Positions 24,307-37,504 are shown, counted from the stretch's first letter. The stretch: 64,000 nucleotides of DNA from Octopus vulgaris (GCA_951406725.2 OX597826.1:49290001-49354000), one strand, 5' to 3'. Program-made: numbers and translations. Notes: generated by a model from the letters alone, not told the origin.

Positions 24307-26588
24307 TTTATAGAAAGACAGAGGGGTATAATTATAATCCTGGCTATCACCTTATTAGCACATCGTGCAGGATCTTGGCTGACGTAATATTCCAGAATCA
24401 TAGGAAATCCATAAGACTTCGGTTGACATGAAAAGGAGCCCTGCACAACTCCTTGGTAAGATCCAATGAACTTTAAAATATGTCCCGCAGAATGAATAAT
24501 AATTGATAATTCGGAAACAATTATGTCAACTTGACTTCTCCGTTCCGCACATAAATTTTATCTCTAATTCTTTTCCTCCCCTTCACTGTTCTCTGTCCCT
24601 CTCTCTTCCTCACTCTTCCTCCTTTACTCACTCGTTGCTCACACATGACCATCGGCCATCTTTCTTTTCCTAACTTGAGTTTCTTTCCTTTCGATCTGCT
24701 ACAGAGATCAGACACATTCTTGTCTGTCTCCTGTCAAAGCTTGTTCCTCCAGTGTTCGCCACCTCATCTCATTATGGCTTAGTAGCCCTTACTGTTTGTT
24801 TTCATTGTCCTGTTTTTGTTACCAACTTTGACCCCCCCCCCCCCTCTCCCGCAAATCCGAAATTTTATTTAATATGTATGTATGTATATATTTATAGTCA
24901 GACAGTGGCATTTTGTCCGACGCTCTAACTCACTCATAGGCAAACAGCAGCCCGCTTCTCGAAAAAGGTGGTCGATACTTGCTTTAACTAAGTGTGTGTG
25001 TGTGTGTGTGTATGTATGTGCATGCGCACGTGTGTGTAGGCAACTTGAGAGATTCAAAATGAAGCGGGAGGAAAGAAAAAGAAAAAAAATTCCTTTATTA
25101 TTATTCATCCATCGCCCTTGTGGCAAATAAATGAAATCATCATCATCATCATCATTATTATTATTACTGTTGTCGTTGTTGTTGTTGTTGTTGTTTTCTT
25201 TTTTATATCTGTCTAAACCAGTGAGGTGTTTGTCCACCCTATCCCCACCCGTATACATACATTCATAGGATGTTACTGAAAACTGACGGCATATTTGTTT
25301 ATTTATTTATTTATTTGTTTGTCTACTGCTGTCTTCCACCCACCGCTCTTCTGTCCCACCCCTGTATTTCTTTTATTTTTTTCCCCCTTTTTTTTTTACC
25401 TTGGGTGCCACATTTCAACACCTACTTTGACGCGATATAGCGGGTGACACGGTTTGAATGTATATCACACCGTCGTCGCTCCGTTCGCTCGTACGGGCGA
25501 GAGCATCGCTGACGTTTATTGCGGCGGTGGTGGTCAGTGATGAAGGATGAAATGCTAGTGGTGGCGGTGGTGGTGGTGGTGATGGTGGTGGTTGTGTTTT
25601 TTTGCGGTTGTGGTTAATGGTGGTGACAGCGGGGAGTGAAGGCGTGCTGGTGAGGTCGGTGTGGCTGTAAGAAGAATTGATGTGGTGGTGGTGTTGGTGG
25701 TGATGGTGGTGGTAAAGGTGATACTGGAGATGTCGGTTGTTGTTGTTCAGTAGTAGTAAGTACCTCACTACCACCACTACCATCACCACCACCACCATCA
25801 CCAACACTGCCTCGCTATACCCCCGCTCGACCACACACCTCCACCGAGTGGGGCCCTGATCGAGCATGTCAAATATAAACTTGTGATGAATGATGGTTGA
25901 CAACGAGGGAGAATGATATTACAACCAATGCCACCGTCTTTAAAGCTTGGTTGACCACACCGGGTGGTTGATTGTTTGAGGGGTAGGAAGGGGAACGGGT
26001 CTAGGGGCCCCCGAGTCTAGGGAACTCCGTTACTGTGGCTTGCTGTCAATTAATAATTAGTAAAGCCACTCCCAGTCACTCTATTTTGACGGGGAGAGCG
26101 AAGGTGTAGGGGCTATTAAGGTGTTAAAAACGGTTCCGATTACGGTGACGGTTACTGATGACGATGATGATGATGATTGTGTCGTCGTGGTAGTGATGCC
26201 GGGAGGGGTGGATTTCGACTAGTATACCCGGAAAATAGATGGTACCCTCCCCCATCATCACCACCACCACCACCACCACCACGATGGTCATTGCAGTTGT
26301 TAGTAATACACTTAACCTACACATCGCAACCCTTACCTCCATACTCCACCAGCACTTTATCTTACCTGGCTACACTAAAACCCACTTCTTACCTGTAATC
26401 AATTCTGCCACTCGATACCTTTGAAGTTTGGCTCACCTCTTCCTCTCGTCGCGAACATCGTCGCGTGTAGGCGACGTGTGTGTGTGTGTGTGTGCTTGTA
26501 TATGTATGTTTGCGTGTTTGAATATGTGTGTGAACGTATGCTTATATATGTGTGTGTTGAGTGTATGCATACACATACATGCACACAC

Positions 26589-26619
<31 letters not shown>

Positions 26620-26678
26620 TGTATGTATGTATGTATGTATGTATGTATATTTGCGTGTATACGTGTGCGTCCTTCCCT

Positions 26679-26710
<32 letters not shown>

Positions 26711-27748
26711 CGTGCGTGGTTGTTCGTGTGGTTTTTAACCCTCGAGTCAACCCCTATGAAACACGAAACTCATCGAGCCGGTGAGAGAGGGGGCCTCTGG
26801 GTGGTAGCTAGATATAGCAGCCAAAACACCCATAAATCACACTGAATGGTATTTAGCATCAAACAGCGACTATTGTTGGTGCGTCTTGGAGCAACATGTA
26901 GCGTCTCTCCCTCTCTCTCTCTCTCCTTTTCCTCTCTCTCTCTATACACACACACATACACACATATATGCATTGTCATGTTTCCTTGTCTACCTGTCTC
27001 TCTTTCTTCTCACTAACACACACATCATGTCTGTCTGTCTTTCTTTCTCTCACTCACACACACACACACACATACACACGCATGCATTGACACGTCGTCA
27101 CCTTATCTGTCTTTCTCTCTCATTCCACACACAATCATCACATTTCTCTCTGTCTCTCTCTTTCCCCTCTCCCTCCCTCCTCCCTCACTCACTCACGCCA
27201 CGCATACACACATCGTAGGTTTTTTCCCGTTCTATCTCCGCTCTCTCCTTCTCTCCCTTCTCACGAAAGCTCTCCGGACCATACAATGGAAGGGAAATAA
27301 CTCTCCTGCCTCGTGGAACCCAGCTGTCAATAACGGACATGTGCGACCTTTAATAAAACACAATCGAGAGTTTTCTCCTTACTCTCCCTCTTGCTCCTTC
27401 ACCTTCTCGCCATTCCCTCTACCCCCTCTCTCTCTCTCTCTCACCATGTCCTCTTTATTTATTTCTCTCTCTTCCAATAAGTCTTTGGTACAATTATATC
27501 TCTATAATACACACCGCGTTTATAAATACACGTGAGTCTATAAAGGAAGTATAGCCACAGTGTTGCCAAATGGTTAAGAAGTTCTCTTCGTAACTAGGAG
27601 GTCCGGGTTTCGATCCCACTGCATGAGGAAATGTTATTAATTTTTTTGTTGTTGTCCTTTTTAGTTTCAGCTGATCTGTATCTCTCGGGTGAAATTAGGC
27701 GGAAATTACAAAACGAAAAGAAACAAAGAAGCAAAGTTGTAATAATCC

Positions 27749-27850
27749 GGTACTATTTAAGAAGAGTGGTCCCAGTGCGCTCACTCCCGTACTCGCGCAT
27801 CCACGCTAGCTAGTCGGGACTAGTCGTGACCACTCTTCTTAAATAGTACC
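27749..27850. mobile_element. 102-bp Merlin-like MITE with perfect 9-bp TSD
   Basis: TIR GGTACTATTTAAGAAGAGTGGTC / GACCACTCTTCTTAAATAGTACC (23 bp, perfect); TSD TAATAATCC at 27740-27748 and 27851-27859; GGNRM terminus. Confidence 0.85.
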
Positions 27851-28062
27851 TAATAATCCTTTTTACTATAGGCACAAGGCCTCAGATATTAGGGGAAGGG
27901 GATAGTTGATTACATCGCCCCCCAGCCATGTAACTGGTACTTTACTTTATCGGCATCGAAACGATAAAAGGCAAAAGCGACCTCGGTGGATTTTGAACTC
28001 AGAACATGAAGACGGACGAAATGCCGATAAGCCTTTTGCCCAGCGTGCTAACGATTCTGCCT
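27851..28062 (-). mobile_element. Family B SINE
   Basis: atccttttactataggcacaaggcc...aactggtactttactttatcg...tttgaactcagaacatgaagacggacgaaatgccg...gctaacgattctgcc. Confidence 0.85.
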
Positions 28063-28570
28063 TCTGCGAAATATGGCTTGCTTGACCTCTTGCTCCACCT
28101 TTTGTTTATATCTCATCAATGAGAAAAACAAATAAAACGGGTATTTCCTAACAACACTAACCTCAGCTGTCTGTTTCCACCCGAATTATGTAGTCACTTT
28201 GTTACTACTCACGCACCCTTACCGTAAATACAAATTGTTGAAATCTATACCTTACGACGATATTGTTCACTAAAGTTGATGTCTTTCAGAAAAGAAATGA
28301 TACTTTAGTCAAAAGTTGCTCATGATAGTGAGATATACTCGATCAAAGACACGCTACACCCGCCAGTACTTATTTTATTGACTGCGGAAGAAAGAAAAGT
28401 CATATTCTTATATTAACAAAAAGCCATAAAACCAGGGTGTGAATGACAAATTCACTAAACTTTCAAAAATATAAATCTGACTTTAACAAATAAACTTAGT
28501 GTTGACATATTTCATGCATAGAACATTAAAAATGCGAAGCGATTTGTTACTGTTTGTTCATACTATTTGA

Positions 28571-28860
<290 letters not shown>

Positions 28861-28924
28861 CGCGCGTTTGTATACACGTAATGGTTCATTTATATAATTA
28901 TTTTTATAATATAATTATTTTTCA

Positions 28925-29065
28925 TTTTTGTCCTATATCTCAGGAGGGTCATTATGCCAATAATAATAAACACACGTACTGGTTCTGTTTCACTTCGTTA
29001 TTATTCATTTGTCTATTATCTAAATTATTGTTTGATTAATCGTTCAGTTAATCAGTGATTTTTTT
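28925..29065. repeat. Dispersed repeat fragment, unclassified (also ~41550-41700 and inverted ~51095-51220)
   Basis: gagggtcattatgccaataat...aaacacacgtactggttctgtttcacttc shared among three sites. Confidence 0.7.
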
Positions 29066-29075
29066 TACAATAATT

Positions 29076-29138
<63 letters not shown>

Positions 29139-29163
29139 TTAATATTTCTCTCTCTTTTTGCAG

Positions 29164-29206
29164 ACAGAAGATAGTAACGGTACAGTTCAAAAGTCAAGTG
29201 CACCAG
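29164..29206 (+). CDS. Putative 43-nt coding exon (exon B), TEDSNGTVQKSSAP plus 1 nt, phase 0 to 1; product unknown
   Basis: Strong acceptor tttctctctctttttgcAG (ends 29163), donor CAG|GTATTT (GT at 29207); open in phase 0, matching the phase-0 ATG of exon A. Confidence 0.6.
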
Positions 29207-29882
29207 GTATTTTCCTTCATTATTACAATATTTCTTATTCAGCCCTTTTTCTTTTTCACCCTACAACTCTGCATGTCTGTAACACTCCACTGTACTGTTC
29301 TGTTTATTCTCATTTATACTAGTCGATATGCACGTGACGTCCGGATACATTCGGGGGGTTGAAAGAAAACTTATGCCACTATACATATACGTTGGATTGA
29401 TTACACACATAAGCATATATAAGTAAGCATATATATACACATATAAACAGATGTACACAAACATATGCACCCTTAAAGCAACACATAAATACACACACAC
29501 ACACACACACATTGGTTTCAAGTTTATGATTCACTTCGTCCCTGCTCGGAGTTTTTATCTATGTGCGATCCTTCAGGCGAGAGAAAAAGATGAGAGAGAT
29601 AATTCGTGAAAGTAATGACTATGTTTCACTCTTATTAAGTCTCTTCAACAAAACATATATACGTATGTGAGTGTAAGTGTGTGTGTTTGTATGTACGTAT
29701 ATATGTGTGTATGTGCAACAATTGTATGGGGTTAATCTATATTTTTGTTATTTTTCATTTGTCCTGCTCGCTTACGTTCTTAGTGTGCTAAATTTTTCTT
29801 GAGAACAATTCTTAGTGGTTGAGACCCTTGCGGATCTATCTCTAGCGTAAGAGCGCCCACATAGTGGATTCTCTCTCATATT

Positions 29883-29942
<60 letters not shown>

Positions 29943-30118
29943 CATTAGCATTTGTTTTGTCGAACCATAATGTAATAAAACGCTTTCCTGAAAATATGTT
30001 GTGATTAGCATCCACTTGCACTGTGAACATCCACTGCAGGGAATACAAATGGCCACAATGGCGAAACGTGCGTAGGAAACAAATAGCATAAACTACATCT
30101 TGCGTTCATCACACTTTT

Positions 30119-30166
<48 letters not shown>

Positions 30167-30239
30167 ATGTACGAACGTATGAGTGGGTGGGTGCTATACT
30201 CGCACTTATATAATAATATTAAAGAATTGTAAAGAATAT

Positions 30240-30385
30240 TAATTTCAAATTTCGGCACAATGCCATCAATTTCCTGGAGAGAGTAAGTCGATTACATTGC
30301 TTAACTGGTTCGACCCCGAAAGAATGAAAGGCAAGGTCGACCTCAGTGGAATTTGACCTCCGGACATAAAGACGGACGGAAGAAT
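30240..30385 (-). mobile_element. Family B SINE fragment
   Basis: taagtcgattacattg...cgaccccgaaagaatgaaaggcaaggtcgacctcagtggaatttga. Confidence 0.75.
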
Positions 30386-30935
30386 ATTTCAAATATGTTA
30401 CATATTTCAAGCACTGCCTGATATACAATTCAATACGTTGGATAGAGTTGATAGATATGTTTACTATAACAACAAATGGCTGTCTACTTTCACTTTTCCT
30501 TTAGCCTGGGCCGTTCACGTCAGTCATAAAACAGTCACACATGGAACGAAACTCGGAGTAGAATGTCAATATATGATATAATAAGCATGTGTGTGTGTGT
30601 GTGCGCGCATAAAATGGAAATAGCTGTTTTTTTCCAGCATGTTATTTCAAAAGCACGACTATGTTTGAGTTGGATCTTTTTTACTCAAGATTTTCTTTCG
30701 TATTACATTCATAGTACTTTATGGGGGAGGGGTGGAATAATGTGTGTGTGTATGTATGTGTGCGTGTGTGTATTGCTTCTGTGGCCCAGGGGGCACGGGT
30801 TTTGAGAAGTAGTAACATGACACATAGGTGGTGGTTTCAAATCTCTTCCAGAAATTACAAGGGATCTAGTTAAAAATAATGGCGATACTCCCAACATGGC
30901 CACAGCCTCAAGGCTGAAACACGTAAAAGAATAAA

Positions 30936-31009
<74 letters not shown>

Positions 31010-31835
31010 TATACCGTGCTATTATGCAAAAGTGTCGTAAGTCCAAACGTTGCTTTTTTTCAGAAAACGAAAGAATAGTTTTACCATTGCATAATAAAAC
31101 CTTTGTACTACACTTTGACAATTTTTGATATCTTAGCACCCGAAGCAGATACGATAGTTTGACCAAAAGAACGGGCTATTGCAAGCAAAACTAATAACTG
31201 AAAAATGGCATTTGGCCAAATTTGGACATACAACAGTTTAACATAATAGCAACGATATATATATATATATGACCATTTGCTATTTTCTTGTTAGATGACA
31301 ATAAGAAATTTATATGTTCCTTGTATTTGTAGGGAGGTTGTTGGTGGTGATGGTAAGTTGAGTGTATAAATGTGCGTGTGGGTATGTAGCGGACTAACAA
31401 TATCCTAAACAACTACAAGAAACAATAATGTCTGGTGGGGGTGTTGTGGATGGGGTGGGGTGGGAAAGACACAACAACAACAACAACGATACAATGGAGA
31501 TTCTTTTAATGGGTTTGATCAGAAGAGGTAAAATGCTTCTTCACCTGTTAACCACCACCACCACAAAAAAAAACCCACCTTCGCCGCCACTACCACCAAC
31601 ACCGCCACCACTTACCTCTGCTTACCTGGCTAACTACTCTTACACCGGAACGGGTACACACATATAGCGGCACACCTACCTGAGCATAATATGCACTAAC
31701 ACATTAATACTTTGCGCACACGTGTGCGGATGTATAAGACGTGTGAGTGTGTGTGCTTGTGCGTATACATACATATATGTGTATATATACATAAATATGT
31801 GAGTATGTGTGTATAGGTGTTTATGTGTTTGTGTA

Positions 31836-31879
<44 letters not shown>

Positions 31880-31945
31880 CATACATAAATATATACATAT
31901 ATATATAAATATATATGGATAAATATGGGTGTAAGAATATATATA

Positions 31946-32350
31946 GGCGTAGGAGTGGCTGTGTGGTAAGTAGCTTGCTTACGAACCGCATGGTTCCGGG
32001 TTCAGTCCCATTGCGTGGCACCATGGGAAAGTGTCTTCTACTATAGTCTCGGGCCGACCAAAGCCTTGTGAGTGAATTTGGTAGACGGAAACTGAAAGAA
32101 GCCCGTCGTATATATGTATATGTGTGTGTGTGTGTATGTGTGTGTTTGTCCCCCTAGCATTGCTTGACAACCGATGCTAGTGTGTTTATGTCCCCGTTAC
32201 TTAGCGGTTCGGCGAAAGAGACCGATAGGGTAAGTACTAGGCTTACAAAGAATAAGTCCTGGTGGGGTCGATTTGCTCGATCGACTAAAGGCGGTGCTCC
32301 AGCATGGCCACAGTCAAATCACTTGAAACAAGTAAAAGAGTAAAAGAGTA
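31946..32350 (+). mobile_element. Family A SINE, full length
   Basis: Head ggcgtaggagtggctgtgtggtaag (A box), gggttcagtccc (B box), internal (TA)/(TG) tract at ~32109-32145, tail gaaacaagtaaaagagtaaaagagta; inserted in (TA)n. Confidence 0.92.
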
Positions 32351-32372
32351 TATAGATATAAATATGTGTGTG

Positions 32373-32413
<41 letters not shown>

Positions 32414-33279
32414 CACACAGACACGTGAAAAAAAAGGAAGGCTGATTGCTTTGTATATATGTGTATATATATATATAAAAGAAAAACTAAAACATTTGCT
32501 CAACTACTGTTTTGTTGTAAACAAACAATACACAAAACAAGAGAATAGACAAGATCTCTCTCTCTCCCTCCTCCTCCCTCTCCTCTTCCTCTCTCTCAGC
32601 TCTACCTCCCTTTTTCACTCTTCCTCACTTTCTCCCTCTCCCTTCCTTTTTCTTTTTTCTTTTTTTTTTTCCTTTTTCCACACACACACACACACACACA
32701 CATATTCACCTGTATATATTTACACATACTGCTACATAAACACATACATGTAATATATATATGAACTGACATACGCACGCACGCACACAAAAACGTATCT
32801 AGTGAGTATATATGGCTAGGATTGGCTTAGCAGAACAATTGTTAATCAGTAAAGGATTTCAAATCCATTCTATCAATAGGTGTATAAATACTTAACATAC
32901 AAGTCACAAAGGTGTATTGAAGCACACACACACACACATATATATATATATTCAAATATACCCCATATGCACACACACACGCACACATGTGTGTATAGTC
33001 ACTTCTAAAGCGGATCTAACAGGTGATAGTTACCATGTGGATATAAAATTAAAAGATATATATTTAATCATATATATATAATCTCAAGAGTGATAATATT
33101 AATAATAATTATTAATGTTATCTACAACAAGTCCTGCACGTAAGTAACAGTTTGTTGTTCACCCCCCTTAATCCCGGTAGAACCCTATCATTCAACGCAT
33201 TTCCAAGCGCGATCATTCCGACTTTTTTATTGCCAAAATTTGTATGATCTGTACTTATATATGTGTGTGTGTGGATACA

Positions 33280-33314
<35 letters not shown>

Positions 33315-33565
33315 GTATATGTATGTGTTTATATATGTATATATGTGTGTGTATGTATATGTGTATCTCTGTCGCTTCCTCCCTCTCTCTCTCTCTCTCT
33401 CTGTATATATATACACACACACACGCATAATTGGGATAAAATCCACAAGACTTGTAGTTTTTATTATAACATCAAGCTCTTAGTTGATCGGGTGCTAATC
33501 TACCCAATGAAGTTTTACCCCTTTATATATATATATATAAAGGGGTATATGTATATATATGTATG

Positions 33566-33606
<41 letters not shown>

Positions 33607-33678
33607 GTATATGTATATATGTATATATATATATATAATGATAAATCTCAGAGTGAGTTATAAACAGTAGGGTAACAC

Positions 33679-33826
33679 ATCGTGACGCACATTTGCCATG
33701 TATGGCTACCCCTAAGGGTGGATGCTACTGTAGTAGCCCCAGGAGGAGATATCTTCCTGGGGCTACAAACTACAGTAGCATCCACCCTAAGGGTTAGCCA
33801 TATTCAAATGGCAAATATATCACGAT
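33679..33826. repeat. 148-bp near-perfect palindrome (foldback)
   Basis: Left arm atcgtga..atttgccat..tatggcta..agggtggatgctactgtag-tagccccagga mirrors right arm tcctggggcta..ctacagtagcatccaccct..tagccata..atggcaaat..tcacgat about a central GATATC (33748-33753). Confidence 0.9.
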
Positions 33827-34188
33827 ATATATATATATATATATATTCATATATGTATGTGTATATATGTATGTTTCTCATAGATGATTGCAGTTACTTT
33901 ATACTTTCCCGTTGTCAATTCTATATCTGCTTTTCCATCCATGACCTCTCAGATGACTATTCAGTCCCGTTGCTGCGGACCTGCACGGTTTGGGAGCATA
34001 ATAAGGTGACGGGCGAAAGTTTTATAACTTGCAAATGCGCTTCCAACTTATTAGGATCTACAAACACGTCGCCGCTTTTCCATTGCCACTGGACTTTTAA
34101 AATAGATGGAACGACGAATTAGATCCCCATAACGAAACATCTGTTCGTCGTTGGATTACGGTGATAAACACGCTTGTACAACACGAGT

Positions 34189-34573
34189 GTGGAGGCGCAA
34201 TGGCCCAGTGGTTAGGGCAGCTGACTCGCGGTCGTAGGATCGCGGTTTCGATTCCCAGACCGGGCGTTGTGAGTGTTTATTGAGCGAAAACACCTAAAAG
34301 CTCCACGAGGCTCCGGCAGGGGATGGTGGTGATCCCTGCTGTACTCTTTCACCACAACTTTCTCTCACTCTTACTTCCTGTTTCTGTTGTACCTGTATTT
34401 CAAAGGGCCGGCCTTGTCACTCTCTGCGTCACGCTGAATATCCCCGAGAACTACGTTAAGGGTATACGTGTCTGTGGAGTGCTCAGTCACTTACACGTTA
34501 ATTTCACGAGCAGGCTGTTCCGTTGATTCGGATCAACTAGAACCCTCGTCGTCGTAACCGACGGAGTGCTTCC
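34189..34573 (+). mobile_element. Family C SINE, full length, young, 11-bp TSD
   Basis: A box TGGCCCAGTGG (34201-34211), B box GGTTTCGATTCCC; perfect direct repeat ACAACACGAGT at 34178-34188 and 34574-34584. Confidence 0.93.
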
Positions 34574-34766
34574 ACAACACGAGTACCACGCTCCGGGTCT
34601 TCGTGATTATAACAAGCTCTTGGTGACAGGCAGAAGCGAGATGACCAGTAATCACATGGAACTTCAGGTTTTGCATCAGAGTGCCCTTTTCCTTGAAGAA
34701 TGTTTTGACAACAGCTAGGGGTCCCTCACTGCCGGTGGTTTTTCTGCGTCCTCCGTGCTCAAGTGG

Positions 34767-34807
<41 letters not shown>

Positions 34808-35694
34808 ATACGCTCGATAACCCGTGACTGGGACCCTGACAAGTGTTTATTCCGGGTCCGAATAGACGTGGGAAGAATAATACCTAAGAACCCAGAAAGC
34901 TGATTAAAAATATTGTATATATCTAAATGTGCGTGTTTTCGTGTGTATTTAACGTTCAGGTGTGGTTTGAGGGCCCGTTGGCTGCTGTTTCGATTCTGCG
35001 ATCGAACGACCCCGTAAAGTCACCTTCGTCGACTCGGTTTTGTTGCCGTTGTTGATGATGATGATGTAAATCCTTTGGTCTGCTCTAATCCAACTGGTCC
35101 ATGACAGCTTGTGTGCTGGTTATCGGCCGCACGACAGACAAGGTGCGCGTTCTAACGTATAAGGTATTTTTAATTAAAACAAAAGGCCCAGTTGTAGGGT
35201 GTGGACGGAAAAAGAGTTGGGATGGAGTGTAGCGGGGTGGTTTATGCAAAGGTGTTTGAATACAACTTAAATATATTACTGGTATCCGTTTTATCGTTGA
35301 CTTTGGAAATTTAAGAGAGAAAAACCCGTCTCCGTCCAAGATTTGAACCCGTTACTTATAAATACAAAATTGGAGGTTTGTAGTCTCCCCGATTTAAGAA
35401 CTTTCTACCACCAACATAACACAAAGCAATGTAGGTCTATGTGTTCGGTTGACATGCTACAAACTATAGCCTAATCACTTTTAAAAACCCACCCTACCTC
35501 AATGACACATAGAAAGAATAATGTAGCCCTAAGATATATTATGTCTGAAAATAAGGTGGGATGGTCATGCATGGGGTATCCGCTTGATCGGAAGTGGCCT
35601 GGGGAGAAGGCTACTCCGCTTCCGTGGTCATTCTCTTGTCTCTTCTCTTCTCTCTATCCTCTTCGTTCTTATTCTTCCCTCCACCCCCATCAAC

Positions 35695-35764
<70 letters not shown>

Positions 35765-35809
35765 TTATATAATTTTTTTAAAATTATTTTTCGAAATACT
35801 TGTCTCACG

Positions 35810-36150
35810 GATTTCCTTCTATGCAAATCACATGGTTTCGCCTTCAAGTACTACTGCGTGTCACCCGGTGTGCTGCGGGCTGGACCAATGCCCTGTGAGT
35901 GAATTTGGTAGGTGAAAACCTTATGGTGTGTGTGTGGGTGGGGTGGGGGTCATTGTGTTCCCCCCCCCATACACACACACACAAACACACCGCTTGGCAA
36001 CCAGTGTTGGTTTTGTTTATGTCCCGTAACCTAGCGTTTCAGCAAAAGAGACTAATAGAATAAGTACCCTGTTTCATAAAAAAATACTGAGTTCAATTTC
36101 TTTGGCTAAAACCCTTCAAAAGCGGTGCTCCAGCATAGCTACAGTCCAAC
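35810..36150 (+). mobile_element. Diverged family A SINE
   Basis: cacatggtttcg...tgtgagtgaatttggtag...ttcagcaaaagagactaatagaataagtacc...gcggtgctccagcatagc. Confidence 0.7.
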
Positions 36151-36500
36151 ACACACACACACACACATTATAGTGTTGAACAAAATGCTTTGCTCCGAGT
36201 TCAAACCTCTTACAGTTCCACTTGCCTTGTTTTTTGTTTTGTTTTGTTGTTTTTTTTAATCTTTCAGCGGTCGTTGTTTAATCCCGGGTTCTGATCAAGC
36301 AGGCACCTATGATTAAAACAATTGAAAGAATAAAAGATTTTAAAAAGTATTATACACTGATTAACTAAAGTTCTGAAAACAACCATGAAAGTTTATGACA
36401 AATTTTTATGGAAATGTTTTCGACTGGCAAAGGCTTAATATGTCTTTTTCGATAAAGCAGATTCAATAGGATGTCTTCGACCTCTGTTCTACGTTAATTG

Positions 36501-36890
36501 ATTCTTTTCTACTCTACGAAATTTTGGGGGAGGGGGCCAGTCGATTAGATCAACCCCAGTACGCAACTGGTACTTAATTTATCGACCCCGAAAGGATGAA
36601 AGGCAAAGTCGACTTTGACGGAATTTAAACTCAGATCGAAACGGCAGACGAAATACCTATTTCTTTACTACCCACAAGGGGCTAAACACAGAGAGGACAA
36701 ACAAGGACAGACAAACGGATTAAGTCGATTACATCGACCCCCAGTGCGTAACTGCTACTTATTTAATCGACCCCGAAAGGACGAAAAGCAAAGTCGACCT
36801 CGGCGAAATTTGAACTCAGAACGTAACGGCAGATGAAATACGGCTACGCATTTCGCCCGACGTGCTAACGTTTCTGCCAGTCCGCCGCCT
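36501..36890 (-). mobile_element. Dimeric family B SINE (two central domains, two different tails)
   Basis: atcgaccccgaaagga.gaaa.gcaaagtcgac occurs at ~36581 and ~36767; head at 36890; tail type 2 (cccacaaggggctaaacacag) internal, tail type 1 terminal. Confidence 0.88.
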
Positions 36891-37187
36891 TTCTGTACCA
36901 TGTTTATTGACTAAGTGATTGAGATACTGAATTTATTAGCTTCAGCTTCAACTCAAACTGCTATCGACAAGGACTCTACGTGGGCACAGGATAACGGTCC
37001 ATCTTCCCTCAAATCACACACTGTAGTAGGGGCTCTCATCCACTTTTTATCTATAGACCCCTTTGGTTATTATTTTATTCTGGCGCCCCCCCCGCCCCAT
37101 AGCCATTCGATTTTTAAAAACTAATTTTATAGAACCCTTCTTTCAATATTCCTATTTTGTTTATCACGCATTAACTTGTGTAGGTTG

Positions 37188-37504
37188 GGTACTATTTAAG
37201 AAGAGTAGTCCCGGTGCGCGTACTCGCGCATCCGCGCTAGCTAGTCGTGACTAGTCGATCCTGCAGCGACTACCTAGCCAAGTACATAAAACACAAAAAC
37301 ACAAAATAAATAATTTTTTTACACAAAGTAAATAATTTTTTAAAACAAAGTAAACAAAACACAAAAACACAAAATAAATAATTTTTTTACACAAAGTAAA
37401 TAAAACACAAAAACACAAAGTAAGGGTCGACTAGTCACGACTAGCTAGAGCGGATGCGGAGTACACGAATGCGCGCACCGGGACCACTCTTCTTAAATAG
37501 TACC
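37188..37504. mobile_element. 317-bp Merlin-like MITE, same family as 27749-27850
   Basis: ~70-bp imperfect TIRs starting GGTACTATTTAAGAAGAGT; 9-bp TSD tgtaggttg (37179-37187) / tgtaagttg (37505-37513); interior of tandem aaaacacaaaaacacaaaataaataatttttttacacaaagtaaat units. Confidence 0.85.

Noticed and set aside
34189-34265. tRNA-like sequences at SINE heads (also 2410-2482, 9040-9085, 18574-18645, 22560-22625, 31946-32020)
   Set aside because: They continue into SINE bodies and lack a closed acceptor stem; not tRNA genes.
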